Virus record (IMG/VR): IMGVR_UViG_3300045988_015629
DNA: 42,847 nt
DNA from: a virus
Taxonomy: Duplodnaviria > Heunggongvirae > Uroviricota > Caudoviricetes
Reading direction: 5' to 3' (one strand)
The translations under genes and the position numbers were made by a program. The notes under the pieces were generated by a model. That model had not been told where the DNA came from and made no database searches. It saw only the letters and a list, made by a program, of their open reading frames with translations. The stretch's first letter is position 1. Each line of letters begins with the position of its first letter. Below, piece after piece: positions 9,141-17,285 of this stretch.

Positions 9141-9375
9141 ACGCTTTACCGCATTTTAAGCATGTGACTCGATGCTCCCCATCAACTAAATGCAGGCGGT
9201 AATCATGCTCGCAGGCGTTCATCTTTTCCTCTTCTCCTCTCAACAACATGAGAAGAACCTTAAATGCGGCTAACTGGTACTCACCGTTAATCGACAGTTG
9301 CCCGCCTAACGTCTGTTTCTCCGACTCAAGCACCAGAATACGGCGCTCGAGCGATGCGATTGTGATTTTAGGCAT
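9127..9375 (-). CDS. small zinc-ribbon protein
   Basis: C-terminal CEHDY...CLKCG cysteine pairs; likely start is the internal ATG at 9375, which overlaps the upstream stop. Confidence 0.45.
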   Translation of the reverse strand: MPKITIASLERRILVLESEKQTLGGQLSINGEYQLAAFKVLLMLLRGEEEKMNACEHDYRLHLVDGEHRVTCLKCGKAYESA

Positions 9376-9613
9376 GACGCTGTACCCCGCATTTAATACA
9401 CTGCCCACACATATCCTTCGGATTGTAGTCGAACTCATGTTCGCACTTGTTCAGGTTGAAGCGGTTAATCAGTTCACGGCGCGTCTCATAAAGCGACTCA
9501 ACCATTTGCTCAGCTACCGCGATTTTAGTATTCAGGACGTGCATCACGTGTCCGATGTCTACGCCGCCGTTAACAGCCTCTACCATCATCTTTTCGTATT
9601 CGCGGTCAGTCAT
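9368..9613 (-). CDS. small zinc-ribbon protein
   Basis: C-terminal CEHEF...CGQCIKCG cysteine pairs; paralogous in pattern to 9127..9375. Confidence 0.45.
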   Translation of the reverse strand: MTDREYEKMMVEAVNGGVDIGHVMHVLNTKIAVAEQMVESLYETRRELINRFNLNKCEHEFDYNPKDMCGQCIKCGVQRHA

Positions 9614-9946
9614 TCTTTACGCTCTCCCCACATGCGATTGAGATACTTGTTCTTGTCCGGCCCCGGGAAACTGTTACGTTTCATCAGTTCCTCGCGTGTC
9701 GGGAACGGGGTGTGACTGACTTTACGGCCTACTCGTAACGGCTGGCTTACTGGGCCTTGTTCGCTCATTTCTTCTCTCCTGCGTAAGCTGCTTTAAGTGT
9801 CTGCATCGCAGCGAACCAGAACGCGTCCGCTGGAATGCTGTTGCTCAGGTTACTAACGGCGATGCGTGCCATCAGTTGTGCGTCTTTGAATGCTTCGATG
9901 TCTGTGATTTTCATTTTCTCTACTCCGTTCTCGTTGTCGATGGAGT

Positions 9947-9976
9947 AAATATAATTGGCGTAAGAGTAATAGTCAA
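9947..9976 (-). promoter_or_regulatory. sigma70-like promoter TTGACT-N17-TATATT for the 9.9-8.3 kb minus-strand genes
   Basis: Near-consensus hexamers with 17-bp spacing, read on the minus strand. Confidence 0.45.
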
Positions 9977-9994
9977 CTAGTCATTACAGAAAAC

Positions 9995-10035
9995 AGATAA
10001 AAAAAATCCCGGCTGGGTCAGTGCCGGGATAAAAC
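9995..10035. terminator. strong bidirectional rho-independent terminator downstream of the endolysin gene
   Basis: CCCGGC-loop-GCCGGG hairpin flanked by an A8 run on one side and ATAAAA on the other. Confidence 0.7.
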
Positions 10036-10094
10036 TGGAGAGCAGAGGGATGGAACAGGAGGTGATTTAAGTATCGTCTGATTGGCCTTAGGTG

Positions 10095-10583
10095 TCAACC
10101 TTTCACCGCACGCCCGATTGCCTCAGCCTCCTGCCACGGTTTACCGTCGAACAATGCCAGACGTCCTGCGGTACGGCGACGCAGGCCAAGTAACGGTTTG
10201 CCGTTCTGGTTGATGAACAGCGCCAGCTTAGCCCGCAGCGTCGTAATATCACCCGAACGCAGCGCCTTACCGGTTCCGGTAGTAGCTGCTATCACACCAG
10301 CACCTGCGTTATACACCAGGTCACACACCGCATCGAACTGTGCCTGTGTAAGCGAATGGTGTGCTGCTGCGTCAACAGCAGCTACAGCCTTAGCCATATC
10401 GCGATTCAGTAACAGCAAGCCCTGTCCTGGTGTGATGGTCTTACCTGGTGTTACGTCTGGCCCGTAGTGACCATAACCAATAGTCAGGTACTTCTCGTTC
10501 GGCGTAGCGCGATACGCAGTTCCGCGGAATCCCTCGAACGCGGCACAGAAATGCAATCCATTATCTGAAATATTTCGAGACAC
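10095..10583 (-). CDS. endolysin, lysozyme-like muramidase (GH24-type)
   Basis: FEGFRGTAYRATPNEKYLTIGYGH matches the catalytic signature of T4/lambda-type phage lysozymes. Confidence 0.85.
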   Translation of the reverse strand: MSRNISDNGLHFCAAFEGFRGTAYRATPNEKYLTIGYGHYGPDVTPGKTITPGQGLLLLNRDMAKAVAAVDAAAHHSLTQAQFDAVCDLVYNAGAGVIAATTGTGKALRSGDITTLRAKLALFINQNGKPLLGLRRRTAGRLALFDGKPWQEAEAIGRAVKG

Positions 10584-10863
10584 GCTTATGCCCTCCGTAT
10601 GACAGCCACGCCTGGCGAATCTGGCGCAGCGCGACTAATGTGATTAATGTCTCAGGCAGCGTAGGCGACATGCTGCCCTGTAACAGGTGAATACATCCGG
10701 CGGCACAGACGATAGCAGTCAGGATATAGAGAACACGCCCGAACAGCCCGTCGTCCACGCGTTCATTATACACGTTGAACAGGGACGAAGCGCCCATTGA
10801 AAGCATTGTGACAAACCAGAATAGCTCAGTCATGCGGTCCTCCTGGGCGGGCAATATCGCCAC
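10561..10863 (-). CDS. membrane protein, holin or antiholin-like
   Basis: Two predicted hydrophobic helices; adjacent to holin and endolysin. Confidence 0.45.
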   Translation of the reverse strand: MAILPAQEDRMTELFWFVTMLSMGASSLFNVYNERVDDGLFGRVLYILTAIVCAAGCIHLLQGSMSPTLPETLITLVALRQIRQAWLSYGGHKRVSKYFR

Positions 10864-11134
10864 CCGATACGATGCCAGAAAGGCGGGAATAGATGGGCAT
10901 CCAGAGAACGGCGATAATAAAGCCCAGGCCAGCTATCTCACGCTCACCGGTAATACCGAACCATTGAGCGGCAAGAGGTGCACCGAAAATAGCACACGCG
11001 AAGCCGGTGAGAAGAAATACCAGTCCGTCAATCGGCCCGGATATAGACTTTTTATGTTGTCTTAGCCCGACCAATCCACCGACCAGTGCGGCAGCGAGAA
11101 GCCACCCCGTCACTGTTTCAGTAAATTTATCCAA
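10826..11134 (-). CDS. holin (putative, 3 hydrophobic segments)
   Basis: Three hydrophobic helices, charged C-terminus, directly upstream of endolysin; apparent TTG start with strong GGAGGA RBS. Confidence 0.55.
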   Translation of the reverse strand: MDKFTETVTGWLLAAALVGGLVGLRQHKKSISGPIDGLVFLLTGFACAIFGAPLAAQWFGITGEREIAGLGFIIAVLWMPIYSRLSGIVSGGDIARPGGPHD

Positions 11135-11209
11135 GATGAATCCTCCAGGTGCGTATTAAGTATGCAGTAACTGGAGGATACCACGGGTAGGAATTATCCT
11201 AATAGTTGT

Positions 11210-11503
11210 TTATTTATGTCTCCAGATGTATTGGCGTCTCTGCGGTTTCGTCGGAATATCATCGTATCCCAACGATTTCCAGTAATTAAATAGCCGATTA
11301 GCGATTGCTGCGCGTTCCTGTGTTTTAAACTCACCGAGATTCACAGCCTTCCCGTTCTGGAATCCACAGGCGCGGACCGCTTTGCGTCTGGCCTGAATCT
11401 CGGGGTACAGTGCATTACGGCGGCGCTTGTGTATACGCGTATTCGCTCTCGGCGACAGCGGCGCAAGGCCGCTTCGTTTCAGGATGTCAGTTGCTAACGA
11501 CAT
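11210..11503 (-). CDS. hypothetical basic protein (97 aa)
   Basis: ORF with K/R-rich N-terminus. Confidence 0.4.
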   Translation of the reverse strand: MSLATDILKRSGLAPLSPRANTRIHKRRRNALYPEIQARRKAVRACGFQNGKAVNLGEFKTQERAAIANRLFNYWKSLGYDDIPTKPQRRQYIWRHK

Positions 11504-11724
11504 TATTTCTCCTGTTTACCAAGTCGCTTAGGTGAGCAGATAGCGCGTACCTCCGAATCGTTGGGCTTGTCGCCCTGAAACAGGAAGTGCGCGTTCTCTG
11601 CGGCGCGTGCCGCTGACTGGCACGCCTCCATCGAATAAAACGTTTCCGATGCCGCTAGTTGCATCTGGCCCGCCGACAGTACCCAGATAAATAAGATGCT
11701 GGTCATCAGAAGTATTCCCCACAC
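11503..11724 (-). CDS. hypothetical secreted or membrane protein (73 aa)
   Basis: N-terminal hydrophobic signal-like segment. Confidence 0.4.
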   Translation of the reverse strand: MWGILLMTSILFIWVLSAGQMQLAASETFYSMEACQSAARAAENAHFLFQGDKPNDSEVRAICSPKRLGKQEK

Positions 11725-12221
11725 GTTTTACATACTTTCGTACCGAACGGCGCGGAGCCATCTGTTATTACATAATAGAAACTGTGTTTGCACTCCTGTG
11801 TACAGGCTGTTGCCCCATACTCAAGTCCGTCCCACTCACGCTTGCCGCATTCGCAGCAAAACAGGCTACCGGGCACGTTGTCCTTGTTGCCTTCGGCAAT
11901 AAACAATCCTGGAGCGATAATCCAATTGTGGTCACATTCCTGCGTATCTTCTTTTCGGCAACCAGATTGCTCCGAACCGTACGCACCTTTGCGGATAAGT
12001 TTGTATGCCTCCACGTCACCAGTAGCCTCGGCCAATGCCAGACGCAACTCCTTAACTTGCCCTGTCAGGTGCGATATGTGCTCAGATTTCTTAATGTTGT
12101 CTTCCCGCAACTCCTTAATCTGCACCTCATGCGCCAGGTCTTCGCACCGGTTGTTATTTACCTGATGCCGTAGCTGGTCAATCAGGTGCTCGAATACTTC
12201 GTTTTTGTTACTCACCATCAC
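11706..12221 (-). CDS. cysteine-rich putative zinc-binding protein (171 aa)
   Basis: Predicted coiled-coil N-terminus, C-terminal CCECG...CKTCG cysteine clusters. Confidence 0.45.
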   Translation of the reverse strand: MMVSNKNEVFEHLIDQLRHQVNNNRCEDLAHEVQIKELREDNIKKSEHISHLTGQVKELRLALAEATGDVEAYKLIRKGAYGSEQSGCRKEDTQECDHNWIIAPGLFIAEGNKDNVPGSLFCCECGKREWDGLEYGATACTQECKHSFYYVITDGSAPFGTKVCKTCGEYF

Positions 12222-12423
12222 CGTCCCCTTCCTCGCTAATTAGTTCGAATTTACCGTTTGCGTGCTTAATGGCTTCTTGCCCACAATGGTCGCAAACCAA
12301 CAGTTTATCGAACCCATCAAACTCATCCCCTACCACGCAAGACAGTACAAATTTATGCTTGGTGCATACTTCTTGCGGAGCACCGAAAATTGCGTGAAAA
12401 CATCTCGCCACTGCATTAAACAT
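12208..12423 (-). CDS. small zinc-binding protein (71 aa)
   Basis: C...C/H...CDHCG pattern and acidic tail; first gene after the promoter at about 12445-12480. Confidence 0.45.
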   Translation of the reverse strand: MFNAVARCFHAIFGAPQEVCTKHKFVLSCVVGDEFDGFDKLLVCDHCGQEAIKHANGKFELISEEGDGDGE

Positions 12424-12444
12424 CTTCCGTCTCTCCTCTCGCTT

Positions 12445-12480
12445 GTGTAAATGAATAGTAGCTTATTCTATCTTAGTGTG
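12445..12480 (-). promoter_or_regulatory. conserved early-type promoter, divergent copy (TTGCAC-N17-TACTAT with embedded GAATAG dyad)
   Basis: Related to the 36-bp elements at 13744-13779 and 35655-35690. Confidence 0.45.
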
Positions 12481-12490
12481 CAAGTAAATT

Positions 12491-12664
12491 TTATTGGTGT
12501 GTTATAGAGTCGATGAACGCCAGTAACCCCCTTTCCGCTTCTGCTTCTCTTTCTTCAAGCGACCAGGTAGCGGATTCCTCTGTTGCCGTTGCTAAATCGG
12601 TTTTCGCATCAACCATCGTGTCGATTAACGTGATTAGTCGTTCAGCCTGTTCTTTAGTAATCAT
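12491..12664 (-). CDS. hypothetical protein (57 aa, below the ORF-track threshold)
   Basis: Hand-translated ORF MITKEQAERLITLIDTMVDAKTDL... filling a gap between annotated early genes. Confidence 0.3.
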   Translation of the reverse strand: MITKEQAERLITLIDTMVDAKTDLATATEESATWSLEEREAEAERGLLAFIDSITHQ

Positions 12665-12798
12665 TGTTGCATCTCCTGCAATAGTCGCTTCGATTGTTGC
12701 GTTTGATGAAAGTGTCGCCTTTTGACGACACTAAGTTAAAGTTGTACGCTGCGGTGTAGCAGCGTAAGTCACTCAGTAAAATCCCAAACTATTGAACA

Positions 12799-12999
12799 TC
12801 ACACTTCTGGCGGCTCGGGTAACGGCATCCAGTGCGTCACGTACTTATCGTAGTGATTCCAGAAAGGCTTTCTCCCGTCATCAGGAACTATGTAATAATC
12901 GTGCTGAACTGCGTTATTTAACGTTTCATACACCAGGAACTCTTTATCCGTATACCCATTACCCGGCAGCATCTCACTACACTTAATCCACTCACCCAT
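12799..12999 (-). CDS. DUF551-like small phage protein
   Basis: C-terminal HWMPLPEPP motif characteristic of DUF551 proteins. Confidence 0.5.
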   Translation of the reverse strand: MGEWIKCSEMLPGNGYTDKEFLVYETLNNAVQHDYYIVPDDGRKPFWNHYDKYVTHWMPLPEPPEV

Positions 13000-13143
13000 A
13001 CCTCACACCTCTTTCAATCAAGGATTGCACACCAGCTTTCCACGCCCGCCACGCGAGACGCGTCTTAACGTTCAGGTACTCTTTCTTTGAACCCTTGTTA
13101 ACCGGCAGACCCTCGACCACAGCCCACCGTTCAAATGCTTCTC

Positions 13144-13332
13144 TCATACCAGAACCTCACATTCATCCCGATACACGAACAATAACGACCCTTTGTACTC
13201 AATCATAAAACCATAATGGTTGATGCTGAACGCCGGAAAAACATCACCTACCGAGATACCGAAATCTATAAGCCTGCGGTCAGTTATACGGACAAGCCTG
13301 CGGTCAGTTATACGGATTCGCATTAACGGCAA
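13144..13332 (-). CDS. hypothetical protein containing an 8-aa tandem repeat
   Basis: Encodes RITDRRLV RITDRRLI from a 24-bp tandem duplication at 13269-13316. Confidence 0.35.
   Translation of the reverse strand: MPLMRIRITDRRLVRITDRRLIDFGISVGDVFPAFSINHYGFMIEYKGSLLFVYRDECEVLV
13269..13316. repeat. 24-bp tandem direct repeat x2 (AGCCTGCGGTCAGTTATACGGA core)
   Basis: Two adjacent copies, 23/24 identical, read directly. Confidence 0.8.
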
Positions 13333-13526
13333 CCTCCCTCAGAGTCGTCGGCACAAGCATCACGATTCGATGCCGTTCGTATTGCTCGTAAGCTATTTAA
13401 CATTCGCTCGCTGGTAGATGTAATAACCGTTATACCGTCCGCCAGATGCACCTCGTAGCGTTCAGCTACGAAATATATTTCCTCGAAATCATGATGTTTC
13501 AGTTCTTCAAATAATTCTTCCATCAC
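13323..13526 (-). CDS. hypothetical acidic early protein (67 aa)
   Basis: ORF in early operon. Confidence 0.4.
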   Translation of the reverse strand: MMEELFEELKHHDFEEIYFVAERYEVHLADGITVITSTSERMLNSLRAIRTASNRDACADDSEGGCR

Positions 13527-13714
13527 TTCGCCCCTTTAAATTTAAAATTTTTGCCGATGAGTTTTAAGTTCTCCTCCGCTACGTATATTTGTGAATTTAC
13601 TCCTCTCACATTTTGCACGGTAACTACGTACTTTCCTGGAAATAAAGCAGATTTTAATTCAATTATGCCGTGTTTATCGTCGGAGTATTTAACCAACTGA
13701 CCACGTTTAAACAT
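13523..13714 (-). CDS. hypothetical early protein, first gene of the leftward early operon
   Basis: ATG at 13714 with AGGAG RBS; track ORF uses GTG at 13723. Confidence 0.45.
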   Translation of the reverse strand: MFKRGQLVKYSDDKHGIIELKSALFPGKYVVTVQNVRGVNSQIYVAEENLKLIGKNFKFKGAK

Positions 13715-13743
13715 AACCCTCACTCCTCTGTCTCGTTTCGATA

Positions 13744-13779
13744 AGTGAATAGTATCCTATTATGTTGGGGTGTGCAAGA
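13744..13779 (-). promoter_or_regulatory. conserved 36-bp early promoter element (minus-strand TTGCAC-N17-TACTAT; contains GAATAG-N4-CTATTA dyad)
   Basis: About 33/36 identical to 35655-35690 in the opposite orientation. Confidence 0.55.
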
Positions 13780-13822
13780 GAATAGTTACGTTGCCGTTGT
13801 GATTCTTTAGTTTAATGGGATA

Positions 13823-13880
13823 GCGAGCGAAACGAAACGAACGTGGTGCCGAAGGCACCAAGAGTGAGTGAGTGAGCTTG
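13823..13880. repeat. short tandem repeats flanking a hairpin: (CGAAA)2-3, GGTGCC-GAA-GGCACC, (GAGT)4
   Basis: Read directly; lies in the 457-bp divergent control region. Confidence 0.7.
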
Positions 13881-13989
13881 CGGATATAACCCACGGCAAA
13901 TCAGTAACTTAGATATTTAGGCGGGAATTACAATAGACTTTGGGCCTCCCAAACGCGCCAGCGAGCCTCACTCCACACGCTACACGTGC

Positions 13990-14080
13990 TCGTTTCGCCT
14001 GCCGCGCGCCGCGGTCGCTTGTTCATACTTCACAAGCTCAGGCTGAGCTTACCATATTTTTAAGTAAAAGTCAATACCGG
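13990..14080 (-). promoter_or_regulatory. conserved promoter-plus-leader element B (paralog of element A)
   Basis: -35 TTGACT at 14069-14074 and -10 TAAGCT at 14046-14051 on the minus strand; core 14005-14042 identical to 3158-3195. Confidence 0.55.
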
Positions 14081-14121
14081 TAGCATCTTTTGTATCTTAG
14101 TAACTTTGTGTGGTGTTTTGG

Positions 14122-14150
14122 TTGCTTTTACATTCCCGCTATCCTATACT
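14122..14150 (+). promoter_or_regulatory. sigma70-like promoter TTGCTT-N17-TATACT for the rightward replication operon
   Basis: Hexamers with 17-bp spacing about 35 bp upstream of the first plus-strand gene. Confidence 0.45.
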
Positions 14151-14181
14151 TGGCTTCACCAAACAAACAGGAGATTTAAAA

Positions 14182-14364
14182 ATGCAACATTACATGACCC
14201 AGAATGAAGTAGCCGAGCGTATCGGGGTGACACGTCAGACAATTAATAACTGGTTGCGCAGTGGTAAATTCCCGGATTGTTGTATTAAGGTTATGGGCCG
14301 CCGGATGCCGGGAACATTCGACCGTAATAAAGTTGAAGCGTGGATTAAGGAGAACGTGAAATGA
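14182..14364 (+). CDS. small HTH DNA-binding protein (excisionase/AlpA-like fold inferred)
   Basis: MTQNEVAERIGVTRQTINNWLRSGKFP helix-turn-helix signature; ATG at 14182 with GGAG RBS (track ORF uses GTG at 14110). Confidence 0.6.
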   Translation: MQHYMTQNEVAERIGVTRQTINNWLRSGKFPDCCIKVMGRRMPGTFDRNKVEAWIKENVK

Positions 14365-14594
14365 TTGGGCGTATGGGTTGTAGCTTCCGCGAAGACGGCA
14401 GCATTAAATATTATTTCAAGATTGCGTCAAATATAACCGACGATGGGTGTTATGTAGAACTTTTCCCTTATAACTTTTGTGGACCCACTAAAATAGTTAA
14501 ATTTTCTATAGAGGATATCCTTGATTGCAGTTTTTACCGTAGCGAAGGAGAGTGGGTTAATGCGGTGCGTAGACAAAAGAAACCCCAACGCTAG
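14361..14594 (+). CDS. hypothetical protein (77 aa), AT-rich
   Basis: ORF with noticeably lower GC than its neighbours. Confidence 0.4.
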   Translation: MIGRMGCSFREDGSIKYYFKIASNITDDGCYVELFPYNFCGPTKIVKFSIEDILDCSFYRSEGEWVNAVRRQKKPQR

Positions 14595-14644
14595 AACGTC
14601 GGGGCCGAAGCATAAATCATCAAAGTAAGCACAAGGATTATACA

Positions 14645-14773
14645 ATGACGAAGTTAATAGTTCCACAGCTACGCCGCCAGAAACACGGCGCTGATTTCTT
14701 CGCACCGGTAAAGATGAACCGCGCAATGCGCCGTATGCAGGAAGCCTTAGAACGTGCGGAGAAAAAGAAATGA
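14645..14773 (+). CDS. hypothetical small basic protein (42 aa)
   Basis: Hand-translated ORF whose stop overlaps the primase-helicase start. Confidence 0.3.
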   Translation: MTKLIVPQLRRQKHGADFFAPVKMNRAMRRMQEALERAEKKK

Positions 14774-17031
14774 ATATTGTTTTTGCAACGCTGCGTAACA
14801 CATTCGATAAAAACCCTGTAGCGCGTGAAATGCCGCTGGAGCAGTTCGTAGAGTATGTCTGTGATACATCGAAGCGTTTATCCGTGGACCCGTCGTGGAC
14901 TAAGGAAGAGTACGACGCCGCCAAGATTAAACAGAAAGCTATCGCACCTGTTGGTGGTCGCCGTAAGAACGCGATTCTGGAAGACAGTGTGGTTAAGTTC
15001 GACTTTGACCATCTCAACCGTACTCAGTACCGCAACCTGACACGCAAATTTAAGAATGCGCCGTTCTTCAACATTCTGCATACAACGGCGTCACACCGGC
15101 ACGCGTGCAAAAACGGGGATTACGCCTTCCGCGTTCTGGTTCCGGCTCGCACGCCGTTTAACTCTAACGATGCGTGGATGGTGCAACGTGCTATTTGTGC
15201 CGAGTTAGAAATAGACGAAGCATTGCGCGACCACTGCACGGAAGACGGCAATCGCCTTATCTACCTGCCGCATAAAGAGTCAAAGATAACGGTTACAGAA
15301 GGGCGGGTTATCCGTGCTGAGCGGTACATCAAGAAAGCCGAAGAGATGGGATTGCGTAAGCGTGAAGCTAAGACGCTTGCTGCCGATGAGCACGGGCTTA
15401 ACGCAGATATAGCCCATTTCTGCGAAGCTGAGTTAGGTCTTGACGCTCTATCTTCCGGCCGCGGGTACGAAGTGCCTTGCCCTAACGAACACCTGCACAC
15501 CGGAAAAGGTTCCACCAGCATTATGCTTGACGGTAAAGAAGTGCGCTTCGTGTGCCAGCACACAAACAACGGCGCTTGCACTGAACTTAACCGTCGACAA
15601 CATTTGGCCTTGCGTATGTGCGGACTGCCAGACGAGCTTAACGTAGACAAGCAACCTATCAGTATTAACAGCATTCGTGCGGCTTTGCCGGATTTACCGG
15701 ACGAAGAGATTGAGGAATTGCACCGCACAGAGAACGAAGAGCCTGTAACTTGCACGCTGGAAGACCTTGAAGACGAGCCGGAAGTAGAAAAAGAACCTGC
15801 TTACTCCGTCGTAGACGGCCTTATGCAGACTAATGAATCCTTCTACATTTGCGCAAAGTCCCACACTGGTAAGTCAACATTTAGTATGGCGATTGACGCC
15901 GCTATTGCCGCTGAAAAAAGATATGCGTTCGGCGGGGCTGAGGTCGCAGAAGGACATGCGTTCATTTTTGCGGGTGAAGGTGCGCAGTCGTTCGAGCGAC
16001 ATAAAAAGTCTTTGCAGATTGCCCTCGGGGATAGCCTGGACCGCTTGCACATTATCGATTGTGTCGCCGATGGGTGTAATTTACTTGATGAGGCGTGGCG
16101 CCGCCAGGCGGTGAGAATGATGCGCCGTGTTGCCGGTGAAGAGAAAATTGTAAAGGTTACGTTTGATACCCTACAAACTTGCATACCGGGCTTCGACGAA
16201 AACGATAACAGGTCGATGAAAGAAGCGGCGCAGGCGCTTAACGAAATAGCGGCAACGCTTAACGCTGCGGTCGGCGCTATGGTGCACCCGACTAAAAACA
16301 TCGACGAAACTGTGCCGTCTGAAAACGGCATGATGCCGAAGGGTGGAAGTGATTTTCACAACTCCATCGATAACGGGATGTTCCTGCATAAACCAGACAA
16401 CGACAATAACTTAGAGATAAACCTGTATCACATAAAGAACCGAAATGGAGAACGGCAGAAAGCCAGAGGATTCGTAATACAGAAGATTAAGATAGCGGAG
16501 CCGCCGGAAAAGAAAGAACCAACTCACAACTTCATGGGGCTTCCGGAAGGGTATAGCAGTGATGATGTGCGCGATTTTGACGCGGGAAATCCGCATATTG
16601 ATGTCTTTGTCAACTTCAACGCCTTCTCTGTCTTTGTGAAGAAAGTAGAAGGTATGACTGACGAACAGAAGGAAGCCGTTAAAGAAAAGGTAGGCCAGTT
16701 CGAGAAACTGGATTCCAAAGAGGCTACGGTTATTTACGCATTAGGTAAATTGCAGGAGCAAGGCGACGACAAGCGAGGGTTCTCTATGTCAGCTATCGTC
16801 AAAGCGGCGAAAGAAGATAGTTACGGCGTACCGATTAACGCTAATAACGACCTTCGAAAGAAACTGGAAGAGATGCACGAGGCGGGGGTTATCGTCTCTG
16901 GGCTGGATAACAACAACAGGCCCATCCCTAAGCAATACAGGTTGCCGTGGGGTATAAACGACAACAAAATTCCTAAGACAATATACGAACCGAATGAAAT
17001 GCTGACAGTGACAGAGGAGGATTTGGAATAG
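14770..17031 (+). CDS. DNA primase/helicase (zinc-binding primase-like N-terminal region plus RecA-like P-loop domain)
   Basis: Cys/His cluster CPNEHLH...CQHTNNGAC; Walker A AKSHTGKST; 753 aa at the head of the replication module. Confidence 0.65.
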   Translation: MNIVFATLRNTFDKNPVAREMPLEQFVEYVCDTSKRLSVDPSWTKEEYDAAKIKQKAIAPVGGRRKNAILEDSVVKFDFDHLNRTQYRNLTRKFKNAPFFNILHTTASHRHACKNGDYAFRVLVPARTPFNSNDAWMVQRAICAELEIDEALRDHCTEDGNRLIYLPHKESKITVTEGRVIRAERYIKKAEEMGLRKREAKTLAADEHGLNADIAHFCEAELGLDALSSGRGYEVPCPNEHLHTGKGSTSIMLDGKEVRFVCQHTNNGACTELNRRQHLALRMCGLPDELNVDKQPISINSIRAALPDLPDEEIEELHRTENEEPVTCTLEDLEDEPEVEKEPAYSVVDGLMQTNESFYICAKSHTGKSTFSMAIDAAIAAEKRYAFGGAEVAEGHAFIFAGEGAQSFERHKKSLQIALGDSLDRLHIIDCVADGCNLLDEAWRRQAVRMMRRVAGEEKIVKVTFDTLQTCIPGFDENDNRSMKEAAQALNEIAATLNAAVGAMVHPTKNIDETVPSENGMMPKGGSDFHNSIDNGMFLHKPDNDNNLEINLYHIKNRNGERQKARGFVIQKIKIAEPPEKKEPTHNFMGLPEGYSSDDVRDFDAGNPHIDVFVNFNAFSVFVKKVEGMTDEQKEAVKEKVGQFEKLDSKEATVIYALGKLQEQGDDKRGFSMSAIVKAAKEDSYGVPINANNDLRKKLEEMHEAGVIVSGLDNNNRPIPKQYRLPWGINDNKIPKTIYEPNEMLTVTEEDLE

Positions 17032-17037
17032 GTAAAA

Positions 17038-17064
17038 ATAAAGGGGCGTTAAGCCCCTTCACCC
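17038..17064. terminator. bidirectional terminator between the convergent primase-helicase and XRE genes
   Basis: AGGGGC-GTTA-GCCCCT hairpin with A-run upstream. Confidence 0.55.
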
Positions 17065-17264
17065 AACGCCAGCCACTTGGCGTCTACTTGCAGCACTTCC
17101 GCCAGTTTAAACAGCGTCGCTGGGCGGACGTCCTGAGTTACCCCAAGTGCCAGCTGGTTAATCGCGCCTTGGGAAACACCGGCCAGGACAGCCAGATGGC
17201 GCTGGGAGATACCGAGTTCTTTACGGCGTTGCTCTACACGGATACCTAGTTCAGATGGTTGCAT
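17049..17264 (-). CDS. XRE-family HTH transcriptional regulator (Cro/CI-like)
   Basis: LGISQRHLAVLAGVSQGAINQLALG is a canonical XRE helix-turn-helix; AAGGAG RBS; opposite strand to its neighbours. Confidence 0.75.
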   Translation of the reverse strand: MQPSELGIRVEQRRKELGISQRHLAVLAGVSQGAINQLALGVTQDVRPATLFKLAEVLQVDAKWLALGEGA

Positions 17265-17285
17265 GCCAATTACTCCTTAGTCAGT

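Noticed and set aside
13790-14100. Possible tRNA or other structured RNA gene in the large intergenic region
   Set aside because: No cloverleaf hallmarks (no GTTCRANYC T-loop box, no 3' CCA-adjacent acceptor pairing) were seen; the hairpins are better explained as promoter-leader and terminator structures.
15261-16331. Minus-strand ORFs of 164 and 162 aa antisense to the primase-helicase gene
   Set aside because: Embedded antisense in a long motif-bearing gene; composition-driven open frames.
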